Source: Oscillospiraceae bacterium
GTDB lineage: Bacteria > Bacillota > Clostridia > Oscillospirales > Ruminococcaceae
Assembly: GCA_036635475.1 (NCBI GenBank)
Contig: JAVWQH010000014.1
Coordinates: 26,594-50,593 of the forward strand
Reading direction: 5' to 3'
DNA: 24,000 bases
The position numbers were made by a program, and so were the translations under genes. Below the pieces are notes generated by a model. It was given only the letters and a program-made list of their open reading frames with translations, searched no databases and had not been told where the DNA came from. Shown here one piece after another: positions 15,124-23,613 of this stretch (position 1 is its first letter; each line of letters begins with the position of its first letter).

Positions 15124-16104
15124 ATGACAACTTTAAAACAAACAATATTTGATGACATAATCGAAAGCATTGTGCCACGTTTAACATTAACCAGATGCAA
15201 AAATTCTAATCAAAAAGTATTCTTGGTGGCTAAAGACGACAATATTATACTAACAGATGGAAGTTTAAACAATTATTATGCATCAATACCGCATGAAATT
15301 AATTACAATAATGAAATGCAAAAAATTCACGGCAACACGAGAAATAGTCTTGCCAAAGAATTTATAAACAGCTATCCAATAGATTATATATTGCAACTAG
15401 AATCAGCCTTTATCGTTCAAAAACAAGCAGAAGAAAAACAATTTAAAATTGAGCAAAAAGAAATGGAACGGATATATAACGATGAGATATTGCCACTATT
15501 CAAAGATACAAGACTAAACAAACAGCCTGAATATAATGTATGGTGGGGAAATTGTGAACCATTAATTCAGTTTGAATGTAAATTTGAAAATCCGCTATCT
15601 CGTTGGAATGGCGAATATACAAATAAAATAGAAGTATTTTTTGACAATCATTCTTTGAATAAATTTGCTATATTAACAGGAATAAAATCAGGACGTAGCG
15701 ACAGGGTAAAAGGATTGTCAATCGAAGAAGTAAAGGCAGAGTGTTACCGTATTATTTCAGAATGTGAAGATGCTCTACAGGTTTACAATAATAGACTTAA
15801 AGAAGCAAATGATAAATGGGAAGAAGAAATGAGGTTATCCCACTTTGCCTCTGAAATTTATTATGATAAAGAAAAAGTAACAATATTGCGAAAGAAAAAT
15901 AACTTTACTGTAGTTGGGAATAGAATGAAATTCTCTACAGGTACAGGGAAATGTGGTAAATACTACGATACATCTGTTTCTCAAATCATGGACATGATTA
16001 AAGACAAAGGCTATACAGAATATTATCAGGAACCAAGAGAAGTATTTGAAATGAGAAATGACGAAGCACTCTGCAAATTAGAGTGGAGTAAAGTACCAGC
16101 TTAA
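15124..16104 (+). CDS. hypothetical protein (326 aa)
   Basis: AAAGGA SD and a long ORF. No recognisable motifs. Confidence 0.8.
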   Translation: MTTLKQTIFDDIIESIVPRLTLTRCKNSNQKVFLVAKDDNIILTDGSLNNYYASIPHEINYNNEMQKIHGNTRNSLAKEFINSYPIDYILQLESAFIVQKQAEEKQFKIEQKEMERIYNDEILPLFKDTRLNKQPEYNVWWGNCEPLIQFECKFENPLSRWNGEYTNKIEVFFDNHSLNKFAILTGIKSGRSDRVKGLSIEEVKAECYRIISECEDALQVYNNRLKEANDKWEEEMRLSHFASEIYYDKEKVTILRKKNNFTVVGNRMKFSTGTGKCGKYYDTSVSQIMDMIKDKGYTEYYQEPREVFEMRNDEALCKLEWSKVPA

Positions 16105-16134
16105 TTTAAGACTTTTTGAAAGGACGTATAAATT

Positions 16135-16512
16135 ATGAATGATACAGCGGTGAAACTATTTGTTGAACAAATTAGAGAGTCACGACCAATTGATGAGCTG
16201 ATTAAAATTGAAAACTTTAAAATTGGCAACAAATACACTGGATATTTATATGCTTATCATACAGATGTAGGTGTGCATATTGATACTGGCGTAAGCTCTG
16301 GCAAGCCATGTTTTAAAGACTTAGAGAATTACAGTGACATGTACTGTAATCATACGTTGCACGAATATTTGTATCAAAGTGCAGTTGATGATACTGATAT
16401 TACTTTAGAATCAAGGGTAGAAGAATTACTACAAAAAACTTTAGCTCAATTAATTATATTAGAACCAGTTCAAAAAGAATGTATGAAAAATAACAAAAAA
16501 TCAATATTGTAA
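16135..16512 (+). CDS. hypothetical protein (125 aa)
   Basis: GAAAGGA SD, co-oriented with neighbours. Confidence 0.75.
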   Translation: MNDTAVKLFVEQIRESRPIDELIKIENFKIGNKYTGYLYAYHTDVGVHIDTGVSSGKPCFKDLENYSDMYCNHTLHEYLYQSAVDDTDITLESRVEELLQKTLAQLIILEPVQKECMKNNKKSIL

Positions 16513-16775
16513 TCAATGAACAGTTTGTTGTGCATTTTGAGTAGTAAATGCTCCGTGAATTTCACGTACAACAATAGCTTGAGTCTTAGCTGACTACGTT
16601 GGATATAATATCACACCATAGAATGATGCTCTAGTTCTATGCAACTGTGCAGGCTCTGTAAAAGTCTTGAAAAATGACGAGGCGGTCAACCTGATTTGGA
16701 GATTTAATCTCAAATTATTTCCAACATTAGCGAAGGGCAACAACTCTGAAAGGAGAACGAAACTTGAGAGTATTC
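16513..16775 (+). ncRNA. omega-RNA / HEARO-like structured RNA upstream of IscB (exact 5' end and guide not determinable)
   Basis: A 251-nt ORF-free gap that abuts or overlaps the IscB start. GC is 40% in 16621-16680 by hand count. Helices: 16525-16533/16566-16574 (9 bp), 16617-16623/16635-16641 (7 bp) and 16699-16703/16707-16711. TTGTTG (16525-16530) can alternatively pair with CAACAA (16738-16743) next to the SD, which would form a pseudoknot-like fold. Confidence 0.6.
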
Positions 16776-18053
16776 GTTAAAAATCAAAGAAACGAGCCGC
16801 TTATGCCATGCTCAAATAGAAAAGCAAGAAAATTATTAAAAGAAAATAAAGCAAATATAATAAACTACAATCCTTTTACAATTCAATTATTATATTTTAC
16901 AGGCGAAACTAGACAAGAAATAAATGTTGGAGTTGATACTGGTGCGAAATATATTGGGATTGCAATCACATCGTATGACAAAATTTTAGCAAAGGGAGAA
17001 ATTGAACTAAGACAAGATATATCGTCTTTGTTAATTACAAGATCTGCACTAAGAGGCTCTCGTAGGAACCGAAAGACACGTTATCGCAAAGCAAGATGGT
17101 TGAACCGGAAAAGACCACTTGGGTGGGTTCCACCAAGCGTCCAGAGCAAGCTAAATTCAACATTTATGTGGATTGATAGGTTTGTATCGCTGGTACCTAA
17201 TGCCCAATTGAGCATTGAAGTTGGAAAATTTGACATTGCGAAAATGATTAATCCAAATATAGAAGGTGATGATTATCAAAATGGAGATACATGTGGATAT
17301 TATAATGTAAGGTATTTTGTGTTTGCGAGAGACAACTACACTTGCCAAGTGTGTAAAAAGAAAAATAAAATCTTAAATACACATCACATTTTATATCGTA
17401 CAATTGGAGGTACAAACAGGGCTAATAATTTAATAACGGTTTGCACCGATTGCCACACAGCAGAAAATCACAAATGCGGTGGCGTATTACACAATTGGAT
17501 GTTAAAAAAGAAAAAAGTCAAGAGATACAAAGAAGCGACGTTTATGAATATTGTAAGAAAGCGAATTTTTGAAAAATACCCTAATGCAAAAATCACTTAT
17601 GGATCAGAAACTTCTCCAAAACGAAAAAAGTTACAGTTAAATAAAACACATTACAATGATGCAATTGCAATTTGTGGGATTAATCAAATTAAACTTAATA
17701 TAGACGATTATTTTTATTATAGACAATTCAGGAAAAAGAAACGATCGTTGCATGAAGCGACACCGCGAAAAGGATTAAGCAAAAAGAACACAAGTAGTTT
17801 TAGGAACACTAAGAATGTAAAATTTAGAAACGGATATCATTTAAACGACAAAGTAAAATTTGAAGATCAGATTGGATGGATATCTGGGTTTTCAAGTAAA
17901 GAATGTTTTTTAAGAGATATAAATGGAGAAATAATTAAGACGAAAAGACGGAAAAACAATATAAATGTAAATATGAAAGAAATAGTGCTCGTTACTCATA
18001 ATAATGGATGGATATGCACAAACAAAGTATCTAAATAGACTGTGGTTTAATCA
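16516..18053 (+). mobile_element. possible non-autonomous IS200/IS605-family IscB element (no TnpA); boundaries speculative
   Basis: TAATCA lies immediately left of the RNA region (16510-16515) and again at 18048-18053, 10 nt after the IscB stop. In both places it is followed by (A)TGAA. The element is inserted between two SD-led operon genes. Confidence 0.25.
16764..18038 (+). CDS. iscB: IscB-type RNA-guided nuclease (PLMP domain, split RuvC, bridge helix, HNH)
   Basis: TTG start with AGGAG 8 nt upstream. Motifs in order: EPLMPCSNRKARKLL (PLMP), GVDTGAKYIGIA (RuvC-I), RGSRRNRKTRYRKARWLNRKR (Arg-rich bridge / RRXRR) and SIEVGKFD (RuvC-II). These are followed by CQVC...THHILYRTIGGTNRANNLITVCTDCH (HNH), THYNDAIAI (RuvC-III) and a C-terminal beta-rich tail. 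All catalytic residues appear intact. Confidence 0.85.
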   Translation: MRVFVKNQRNEPLMPCSNRKARKLLKENKANIINYNPFTIQLLYFTGETRQEINVGVDTGAKYIGIAITSYDKILAKGEIELRQDISSLLITRSALRGSRRNRKTRYRKARWLNRKRPLGWVPPSVQSKLNSTFMWIDRFVSLVPNAQLSIEVGKFDIAKMINPNIEGDDYQNGDTCGYYNVRYFVFARDNYTCQVCKKKNKILNTHHILYRTIGGTNRANNLITVCTDCHTAENHKCGGVLHNWMLKKKKVKRYKEATFMNIVRKRIFEKYPNAKITYGSETSPKRKKLQLNKTHYNDAIAICGINQIKLNIDDYFYYRQFRKKKRSLHEATPRKGLSKKNTSSFRNTKNVKFRNGYHLNDKVKFEDQIGWISGFSSKECFLRDINGEIIKTKRRKNNINVNMKEIVLVTHNNGWICTNKVSK

Positions 18054-18075
18054 TGAAAATTAAGGAGATAAAACT

Positions 18076-18405
18076 ATGAAAATTACAAAAAATCATGCAG
18101 AAGGATTTACGTTAGACGGTGTTAGAATTACAAACAATGGCATAAATGATGTGGTATCGCTTTCTTATAATGAGATGTGGCACATTTTTAATCATATGCA
18201 ACGGATAAATATTAAACAGCAATTTGAAAGCTATCTTGAATTGCGTAAAGATAGCCCCGATTATTTTGACGAATTTGGCAGAACAGCAGAAAATATGCTG
18301 GCAGATAAAGAATTATTAGACAACTGCGTTGAAGATATTAACGATGGCAGCTATGGGGATATTGATGACGATGATATTTATAGACTGCTTCAAAGATATG
18401 CTTAA
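18076..18405 (+). CDS. hypothetical acidic protein (109 aa)
   Basis: AAGGAG SD 8 nt upstream. Confidence 0.75.
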   Translation: MKITKNHAEGFTLDGVRITNNGINDVVSLSYNEMWHIFNHMQRINIKQQFESYLELRKDSPDYFDEFGRTAENMLADKELLDNCVEDINDGSYGDIDDDDIYRLLQRYA

Positions 18406-18475
18406 CAATGATTAGAAATCCACATCAACTAACGTTTTGATATTGAACAAAAAATAAAAAGGAGAAAACAATAAA

Positions 18476-19567
18476 ATGAAATTTACAATAAATACATATG
18501 ATTTTAAATCAGCAATGGAGAAAGCATACAAATGTGTCAATAAAAAGAGTGCAATGCCAGCATTACGAAACTTACTATTACATATTGAGAAAGGCAACAG
18601 TTACATAGTCGGCACAAATCTTGATAACTGGGTAGTTTCAAATGTACAAATCGACAATGTAGTAGAGCCGGCAGATATTGTTTTCGGAGATACAGACTCG
18701 CTGTTTAAAGCAATGAAATTCTTCAAGGGATTTGAGATTTCCTTTGACGTGCAAGACAGCAAAGTGGTTATCAGTTGCGGTGGGAAACAAACATCACAGA
18801 TATTCTCGGATAAAGACGAGTTTCTTCCAATACCCGAAATAGATATGGCAACAGCACAAGAATATAAATATAATATCAAAGACCTAAAAGAGCGTTTTAA
18901 TCTAGTCAAGTATGCAACAAGAAAAGACAATGTGAAACCAATCTTTACAGGTATACACTTTGACGGTACCAATATGGTTGCTCTTGACGGGTACAGAATA
19001 GCCATGAATACATCTAATGAACTTAATGTATCTGTACCATTTACGGCTCAATTAAACGGCTTGGCGTTGATGTGTGACGTGCTTAATAGGGATATAAACA
19101 TAGTGACAAACAATAAGTATATCAGCGTTTCTGATGGCGATACAACTGTAATGAGTAGACTGTTTGAAGGTGTTTATCTTGATTATAAGCAAGCAATTCC
19201 AAACAATGAAAATGAAGTGCAGGTTGATATGGCGGAATATTCAGAAACACTAAAATATTTTAAAGCGTTCAAAAAGTCTGGCAACAAGTGTCAAATAATT
19301 GCGTGGCTCAATGATAGTTTAATGTTACTTGGAACAGATAATTGTAGTGAGCTTAGCACACTTAAAGGGGAATTCCAAGACGCAATTGGATTCAACAATC
19401 AATATATGCTAGATGCCTTGACGCAATTCAAAGCGGAAAATGTAAAGTTTAATATGAGTAACAGTGTTACACCTATTGTTATCAGAGATGATGAGGGCAA
19501 TTTGGCATTAGTGTTGCCTATAAGACTTGCCGACGAAGTAGACGATAAAATGAAAAAATCTGCATAG
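18476..19567 (+). CDS. dnaN: DNA polymerase III beta subunit-like sliding clamp
   Basis: 363 aa, the length expected for a clamp. MKFTINTYDFKSAMEKAYKCV...PALRNLLL, KPIFTGIHFDGTNMVALDGYRIAM, RLFEGVYLDYKQAIP and TPIVIRDDEGNLALVLPIRL match conserved DnaN blocks. AAAGGAG SD. Confidence 0.8.
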   Translation: MKFTINTYDFKSAMEKAYKCVNKKSAMPALRNLLLHIEKGNSYIVGTNLDNWVVSNVQIDNVVEPADIVFGDTDSLFKAMKFFKGFEISFDVQDSKVVISCGGKQTSQIFSDKDEFLPIPEIDMATAQEYKYNIKDLKERFNLVKYATRKDNVKPIFTGIHFDGTNMVALDGYRIAMNTSNELNVSVPFTAQLNGLALMCDVLNRDINIVTNNKYISVSDGDTTVMSRLFEGVYLDYKQAIPNNENEVQVDMAEYSETLKYFKAFKKSGNKCQIIAWLNDSLMLLGTDNCSELSTLKGEFQDAIGFNNQYMLDALTQFKAENVKFNMSNSVTPIVIRDDEGNLALVLPIRLADEVDDKMKKSA

Positions 19568-19609
19568 ACGTAAATTTATTAATGAATTTTTATAAGGAGA
19601 AATAAAAAA

Positions 19610-20134
19610 ATGAGAACATATACATTGGCACAATTAAAAAGAGATTGCAAAGCCAAGATACTTAAAGCGGAAATGACTATTAGGTGTGGTGACACGGACA
19701 TTCCCGAACGATTACAAGGGATTAGACCATTGGTTGACAGCAATTCTGTAGCTATATTTTTTCTTAACTCGGATGGAAAACAATCGGAAATGCAAATAAA
19801 AAGGTCAAAGCTTGTAGAGTACACAGACGATACATTGACCATATTCTACCCTGCAAAAAGAGATTTTAATGAAAAAGAACAGAAAATCATGGATGGTTGG
19901 AATAAAATTGCAAGTACGGATGAATACAAGCAACGCTCTGATATGGACGCTTTAACAGATGGCTCATCTACATATTATCAAGAAAAGGCATATTTTGGGG
20001 AAAGCGAATGCCCGTATTTATTTGGATTTGAAGAAAGTTGCGGTTGCAAATATGACATCAATAGCAAAAAAATCGTAGATTATTCCTTGAAAAGCGATGA
20101 CATTGAAATGCAGTACAAATTGTACAGAAATTAA
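19610..20134 (+). CDS. hypothetical protein (174 aa)
   Basis: AAGGAG SD. The minus ORF 19579..19842 is a shadow. Confidence 0.8.
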   Translation: MRTYTLAQLKRDCKAKILKAEMTIRCGDTDIPERLQGIRPLVDSNSVAIFFLNSDGKQSEMQIKRSKLVEYTDDTLTIFYPAKRDFNEKEQKIMDGWNKIASTDEYKQRSDMDALTDGSSTYYQEKAYFGESECPYLFGFEESCGCKYDINSKKIVDYSLKSDDIEMQYKLYRN

Positions 20135-20151
20135 GATGGAGGCTAAAAGTT

Positions 20152-20457
20152 ATGGCTGTTTCCAGACAAGAACGATTAGTTAAATCGTGGGTTAAAAACG
20201 ACAATCTGTCGCTGATTGATATGTACAACAAATGTTATGAAGAAGGTTGGATGGATTATCTTGTGGGAACACAAGAAGATATCAGAGAATTTATTGCTGA
20301 TAAAGTGCGCAACGGAGATTGCCCTTGTGCCAAAACTCTTGCCGACATTGAGAGCGATACAAGAGCAGAGCTGTTTAAATTTGATGCTTCGTGTTGGGGC
20401 TTTGGTGCAGCACCGATTTATGATAAAGAAGAATTAGCTGAAGCAATGGGATATTAA
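20152..20457 (+). CDS. hypothetical protein (101 aa)
   Basis: GGAGG SD 9 nt upstream. Confidence 0.75.
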   Translation: MAVSRQERLVKSWVKNDNLSLIDMYNKCYEEGWMDYLVGTQEDIREFIADKVRNGDCPCAKTLADIESDTRAELFKFDASCWGFGAAPIYDKEELAEAMGY

Positions 20458-20482
20458 ATGAGCAGGAAAGGAAGGTTTTATT

Positions 20483-20662
20483 ATGTTGACAAACAAAGTT
20501 ATTGAAAAGGCAAGAAAACAAATGTTTATAATAGCTCAAAAATATAGTGTTTCTGAAAACAGTGTTATTTGGATGGGCGATGATAAATTTACAGTCGTTA
20601 AGGAGGGGCAAGAAATAGTTATAAGAATAGATGAAAATAACGAATTGTGGAAAAAAATATAA
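20483..20662 (+). CDS. small hypothetical protein (59 aa)
   Basis: GGAAAGGAAGG upstream. MLTNKVIEKARKQMFIIAQKYSVSENSVIWMGDDKFTVVKEGQEIVIRIDENNELWKKI*. It fills an operon gap and is just below the track cutoff. Confidence 0.55.
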   Translation: MLTNKVIEKARKQMFIIAQKYSVSENSVIWMGDDKFTVVKEGQEIVIRIDENNELWKKI

Positions 20663-20686
20663 TTAATACGAAAGAGGTATTTTATT

Positions 20687-20917
20687 ATGACTGATGAGTT
20701 TAGATATAATACAGAAGAAATGGTTTTAGAAATGGCAGACTTGGTGCGAGAATCAAGGTATTTACGGAAAGAAAATGAAAGGCTAAAAAATATCGAAACA
20801 CAATACCGTGAGCTTATTCATCAAAGAATGGTTGATAGCGAAGAACATTCTAAGGCTATGTTAGAAATGGCATTTATAATATCAGATGCAGACACAAAAT
20901 TAGAGGTGGTAAGATGA
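20687..20917 (+). CDS. hypothetical coiled-coil protein (76 aa)
   Basis: AAAGAGG SD. Confidence 0.7.
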   Translation: MTDEFRYNTEEMVLEMADLVRESRYLRKENERLKNIETQYRELIHQRMVDSEEHSKAMLEMAFIISDADTKLEVVR

Positions 20918-21192
20918 GAACAAAAATTTTAAATAAAGCCAAGCTTGTTGTTACGGTAGAAAGCAATAAAAAATCACGAGAAATTATAGCAATTTCTGTA
21001 TTTGATAATAGAACAAATGAATATTTACCAAAGGAATTTATTAAAGAGCGTGGTATTGAAAGTTTTTTAAATTTAGATGATTTAAAGGAAACATTGAACT
21101 GGAATTTAAATGGTGACAGTTCAAAATATCAATTTAAATGGGGACAATCTAATAAAGAATTTTCACAAGGTCAAGCTTATATTTTTAATTAA
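20914..21192 (+). CDS. hypothetical protein (92 aa)
   Basis: ATGA start/stop overlap with the upstream gene, with GAGGTGG SD. Confidence 0.7.
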   Translation: MRTKILNKAKLVVTVESNKKSREIIAISVFDNRTNEYLPKEFIKERGIESFLNLDDLKETLNWNLNGDSSKYQFKWGQSNKEFSQGQAYIFN

Positions 21193-21215
21193 GATGAATT
21201 TCAGTTTTTATATGC

Positions 21216-21245
21216 AAAAAAAGACTGAAATTAATCAGTCTTTTG
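21216..21245. terminator. bidirectional terminator between convergent genes
   Basis: 8-bp stem AAGACTGA (21221-21228) / TCAGTCTT (21235-21242). It has an A7 run upstream and TTTT downstream, and overlaps the last codons of the minus-strand XRE gene. Confidence 0.7.
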
Positions 21246-21491
21246 TGGTGTAAAGTTTGGGTCGTCTGAACGTCCTACGAGATAATCAAGTGAAACTTCA
21301 AAATAATTTGCAATTTTAATTAATGCGTCAAGACTCGGTTTCTTATTTCCATTTTCAAAATTTCCAATAGTCGCTTTAGTTGAATTAATTTCACTGCCAA
21401 GTTTTTCAAGTGTTAAATTTTTAGATTGCCTTAAAGTTTTTAGTCTTTCGGCAAAAGTAACCTCATTAAAATAATAATAGTAGTAAAACAT
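21231..21491 (-). CDS. XRE-family HTH repressor (cI-like, short)
   Basis: GAGGTGA SD. FAERLKTLRQSKNLTLEKLGSEINSTKATIGNFENGNKKPSLDALIKIANYFEVSLDYL is a canonical HTH_3 domain. It is divergent from a second XRE gene across an operator region. Confidence 0.85.
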   Translation of the reverse strand: MFYYYYYFNEVTFAERLKTLRQSKNLTLEKLGSEINSTKATIGNFENGNKKPSLDALIKIANYFEVSLDYLVGRSDDPNFTPQKTD

Positions 21492-21504
21492 TTTAAATCA
21501 CCTC

Positions 21505-21533
21505 TTGACAAAAGTATTCAAATGGAATACAAT
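21505..21533 (+). promoter_or_regulatory. sigma-A-type rightward promoter of the switch
   Basis: TTGACA (21505-21510), a 17-nt spacer, then TACAAT (21528-21533). Confidence 0.75.
21514..21530. promoter_or_regulatory. operator O1, GTATTC-N5-GAATAC
   Basis: Perfect 6-bp inverted arms. It lies inside the promoter spacer and overlaps the -10. Confidence 0.7.
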
Positions 21534-21541
21534 ACAGTTAA

Positions 21542-21560
21542 GGTATTCAAACAGAATACC
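21542..21560. promoter_or_regulatory. operator O2, GGTATTC-N5-GAATACC
   Basis: Perfect 7-bp inverted arms, with its centre 29 bp from O1, in the early transcribed region. Confidence 0.7.
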
Positions 21561-21584
21561 AAAGTCCATTAGAAAGGAGTATTA

Positions 21585-21779
21585 ATGAGAAAAACAAGAT
21601 TGGCAACTTTACGGCAAGAAAATAAATGGACACAACAAGAAGTTGCCGTAAGAATAGGGATAAGCAAATCTGCCTATTCAAACATAGAAACAAAAAAACG
21701 CAATCCATCAATTAAAGTGATAGTAAAGTTGCAAAACTTGTTTGATGAAAGCATAGATAAATTGCTAGGAACAATTTAA
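21585..21779 (+). CDS. XRE-family HTH protein (Cro-like)
   Basis: AAAGGAG SD. LATLRQENKWTQQEVAVRIGISKSAYSNIETKKRNPSIKVIVKLQNLF is an HTH_3 domain. Confidence 0.85.
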   Translation: MRKTRLATLRQENKWTQQEVAVRIGISKSAYSNIETKKRNPSIKVIVKLQNLFDESIDKLLGTI

Positions 21780-21829
21780 TGCTTAATCAGATTATATCAT
21801 TTCTAATGTAAAAAAGAAAGGTGTAATTT

Positions 21830-22549
21830 ATGAACCAAGAAATTAAAAAAATCAAATTTGGAGAAGACGAGCTTCTCGGAGTAAAAACAGATGACGGTCA
21901 AGTATGGCTAGCGGTGAGAAAAGTTTGTTTAGATATTGGATTAACCGATAAGCAGACTCAAAGGCAAGTAGCGAATATTCAAGATGATTTGGTGCTTTCA
22001 AAAGGGTACTCAAATTTGGGTATCCTTACAAACGGCGGTAAACAGAATATGGTGGTCATTAAAGAAGACTTTGTAACACTTTGGCTTGCAAAAATTTCTT
22101 TAACTCCGGCTATGCAAGAAAAGACACCAAAAGCAGTTGAGAAACTTGTTGCATATCAGCTCAAGGCTCAAAAAGTCCTTCACGAAGCGTTCACATCAAC
22201 TGAAGAAAAGAAACAGGACTTTTACTCAACGCTTGGAATTGAGGGAAAGATTGAAGAATTGTCAAGTGAAATGGCGGGACTTACTGAACAGGTAACTCTA
22301 CTAATTGACAGTGCAACTATCAATAGTAGACAGGCACAAAAATTGCTTGAAGTCGCAAGATATAGAGTGAAAAGCTTGCTTGGAAATGTTGATAGTATTG
22401 AGTACAAGAAAAATGCAAGAAAATATTTCAAACGTATGTGGAATAATTTTGCGGAGTTCTTTGAAACAAATACATACAAAGACTTAAATCCATTAAATAT
22501 GGATAGTGCCATTGAATATTTGCATCAGTGGAATTTTATTGGGGCATAA
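21830..22549 (+). CDS. phage antirepressor / regulatory protein (BRO-N/ORF6N-like N-terminus, ORF6C-like C-terminus)
   Basis: IKFGEDELLGVKTDDGQVWLAVRKVCLDIGL...NMVVIKEDFVTLWLAKI resembles the N-terminal DNA-binding domain of Ant/Bro-type proteins. It sits directly downstream of the cro-like gene. Confidence 0.55.
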   Translation: MNQEIKKIKFGEDELLGVKTDDGQVWLAVRKVCLDIGLTDKQTQRQVANIQDDLVLSKGYSNLGILTNGGKQNMVVIKEDFVTLWLAKISLTPAMQEKTPKAVEKLVAYQLKAQKVLHEAFTSTEEKKQDFYSTLGIEGKIEELSSEMAGLTEQVTLLIDSATINSRQAQKLLEVARYRVKSLLGNVDSIEYKKNARKYFKRMWNNFAEFFETNTYKDLNPLNMDSAIEYLHQWNFIGA

Positions 22550-22642
22550 GATTTACGGAAAGAGAGTGGGTGTAACAACCCACTGCTCAATCTATATAGA
22601 AGTACGGTTTGCTATTGAAAGTTAAAAAGAAAGGATATTTGT

Positions 22643-22957
22643 ATGTTAATTTATAAGAGAAATAGATTTAAACGATACACATATGACACCGATTCAAAAG
22701 AACTTATAATCCAACCAATGTGGAATGGATGCGCCATTGATGTAAAAAATGTAATGACACATAAAATTTTTACAATATATAAGAAAATGTTTTCTAAAAA
22801 TAATGGATTACGTATTATTGACAGAGATGATAGATGGTTTAAAAATACAAACGAAGGATTGATTGTTCATAACAAAGATACTATGTGTGACTGGTGTATT
22901 TCTAGACATCAATTTGACGGAACTTATTTGGAATTTTTAAATGGTTTTAAAAAATGA
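22643..22957 (+). CDS. hypothetical protein (104 aa)
   Basis: AAAGGA SD 8 nt upstream. Confidence 0.7.
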   Translation: MLIYKRNRFKRYTYDTDSKELIIQPMWNGCAIDVKNVMTHKIFTIYKKMFSKNNGLRIIDRDDRWFKNTNEGLIVHNKDTMCDWCISRHQFDGTYLEFLNGFKK

Positions 22958-22968
22958 GGAGAAATAAG

Positions 22969-23232
22969 ATGACAAGAATAGAGTTATGGAGCTTACACAA
23001 TACAACTAAAACAGCAAACTTATTTTGTAATTTATATGAAAGATGGCAAGACGAAAAAGATTATGAAGACATCGCCGAATATCTAAAAGTGATACAAAAA
23101 AGTATACCAGAAGCCATTAAAATTACCAAAAGACCTTTTAGTGTTATGTGTAAATGCGATGATGGTATTTTGCAAATTGGAATTAAGCGAAAAGGGGAGT
23201 ATATGCAAATATTTGCAAAATCGGTTAAGTAA
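22969..23232 (+). CDS. hypothetical protein (87 aa)
   Basis: AGGAG (22957-22961) lies 7 nt before ATG 22969. The track start at 22954 (ATGA overlap) is an in-frame alternative. Confidence 0.65.
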   Translation: MTRIELWSLHNTTKTANLFCNLYERWQDEKDYEDIAEYLKVIQKSIPEAIKITKRPFSVMCKCDDGILQIGIKRKGEYMQIFAKSVK

Positions 23233-23276
23233 AGAGGAATAGATTAAACATTTTATAGCGAATGAAAGGTTGATAA

Positions 23277-23558
23277 ATGATGATGACAATTGTATATAAT
23301 CATGAAGAAAATCGTTGGTTACGATAAAAAGAAAACGATCACGCTATAATCTTCCAAAATTACAAGAAACAAAAATACAAAGCCACTCATAAGCGTGTAA
23401 GTAAAAACGAGTTTTGGCTATTACTAAAGATATTTATCTATAAAAATAATGTTGCTATTGTTATAGGTAATCAGAAATATAAAGGCGTAAACGAATATAT
23501 TAAACATCGCAAGTCATTCGATTGTTCTGTTGATAGAGTAAATGGAATTGTATGTTAG
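23277..23558 (+). pseudogene. ORF interrupted by an in-frame TAA at codon 17 (possible decayed HNH-type endonuclease-like gene)
   Basis: GAAAGG SD and ATG 23277, reading MMMTIVYNHEENRWLR, then TAA (23325-23327). The same frame stays open for 76 more codons to TAG 23556-23558. That tail, ...KHRKSFDCSVDRVNGIVC*, faintly resembles the lsiDRid..gY motif of phage HNH proteins. Confidence 0.3.
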
Positions 23559-23613
23559 AGAAAATTGCGAAAGTAGACAAATCAAGCGATTTATGTGGAA
23601 AGGAATAACAAAA

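Noticed and set aside
22565-22584. Hairpin AGTGGGT-GTAACA-ACCCACT resembles the hairpin at 8077-8096 (GTGGGT-TAATTGTT-ACCCAC).
   Set aside because: Only the 6-7-nt stem arms are shared. Neither hairpin has a U-run. The evidence is insufficient to claim a repeat family.
23302-23349. Possible -1 programmed frameshift at GAT-AAA-AAG, joining a 15-codon ORF to the long downstream frame.
   Set aside because: The heptamer is T-AAA-AAG, not a full X-XXY-YYZ slippery site. The upstream ATG at 23302 has no SD, whereas the ATG at 23277 in the other frame does. A nonsense mutation is the simpler explanation.
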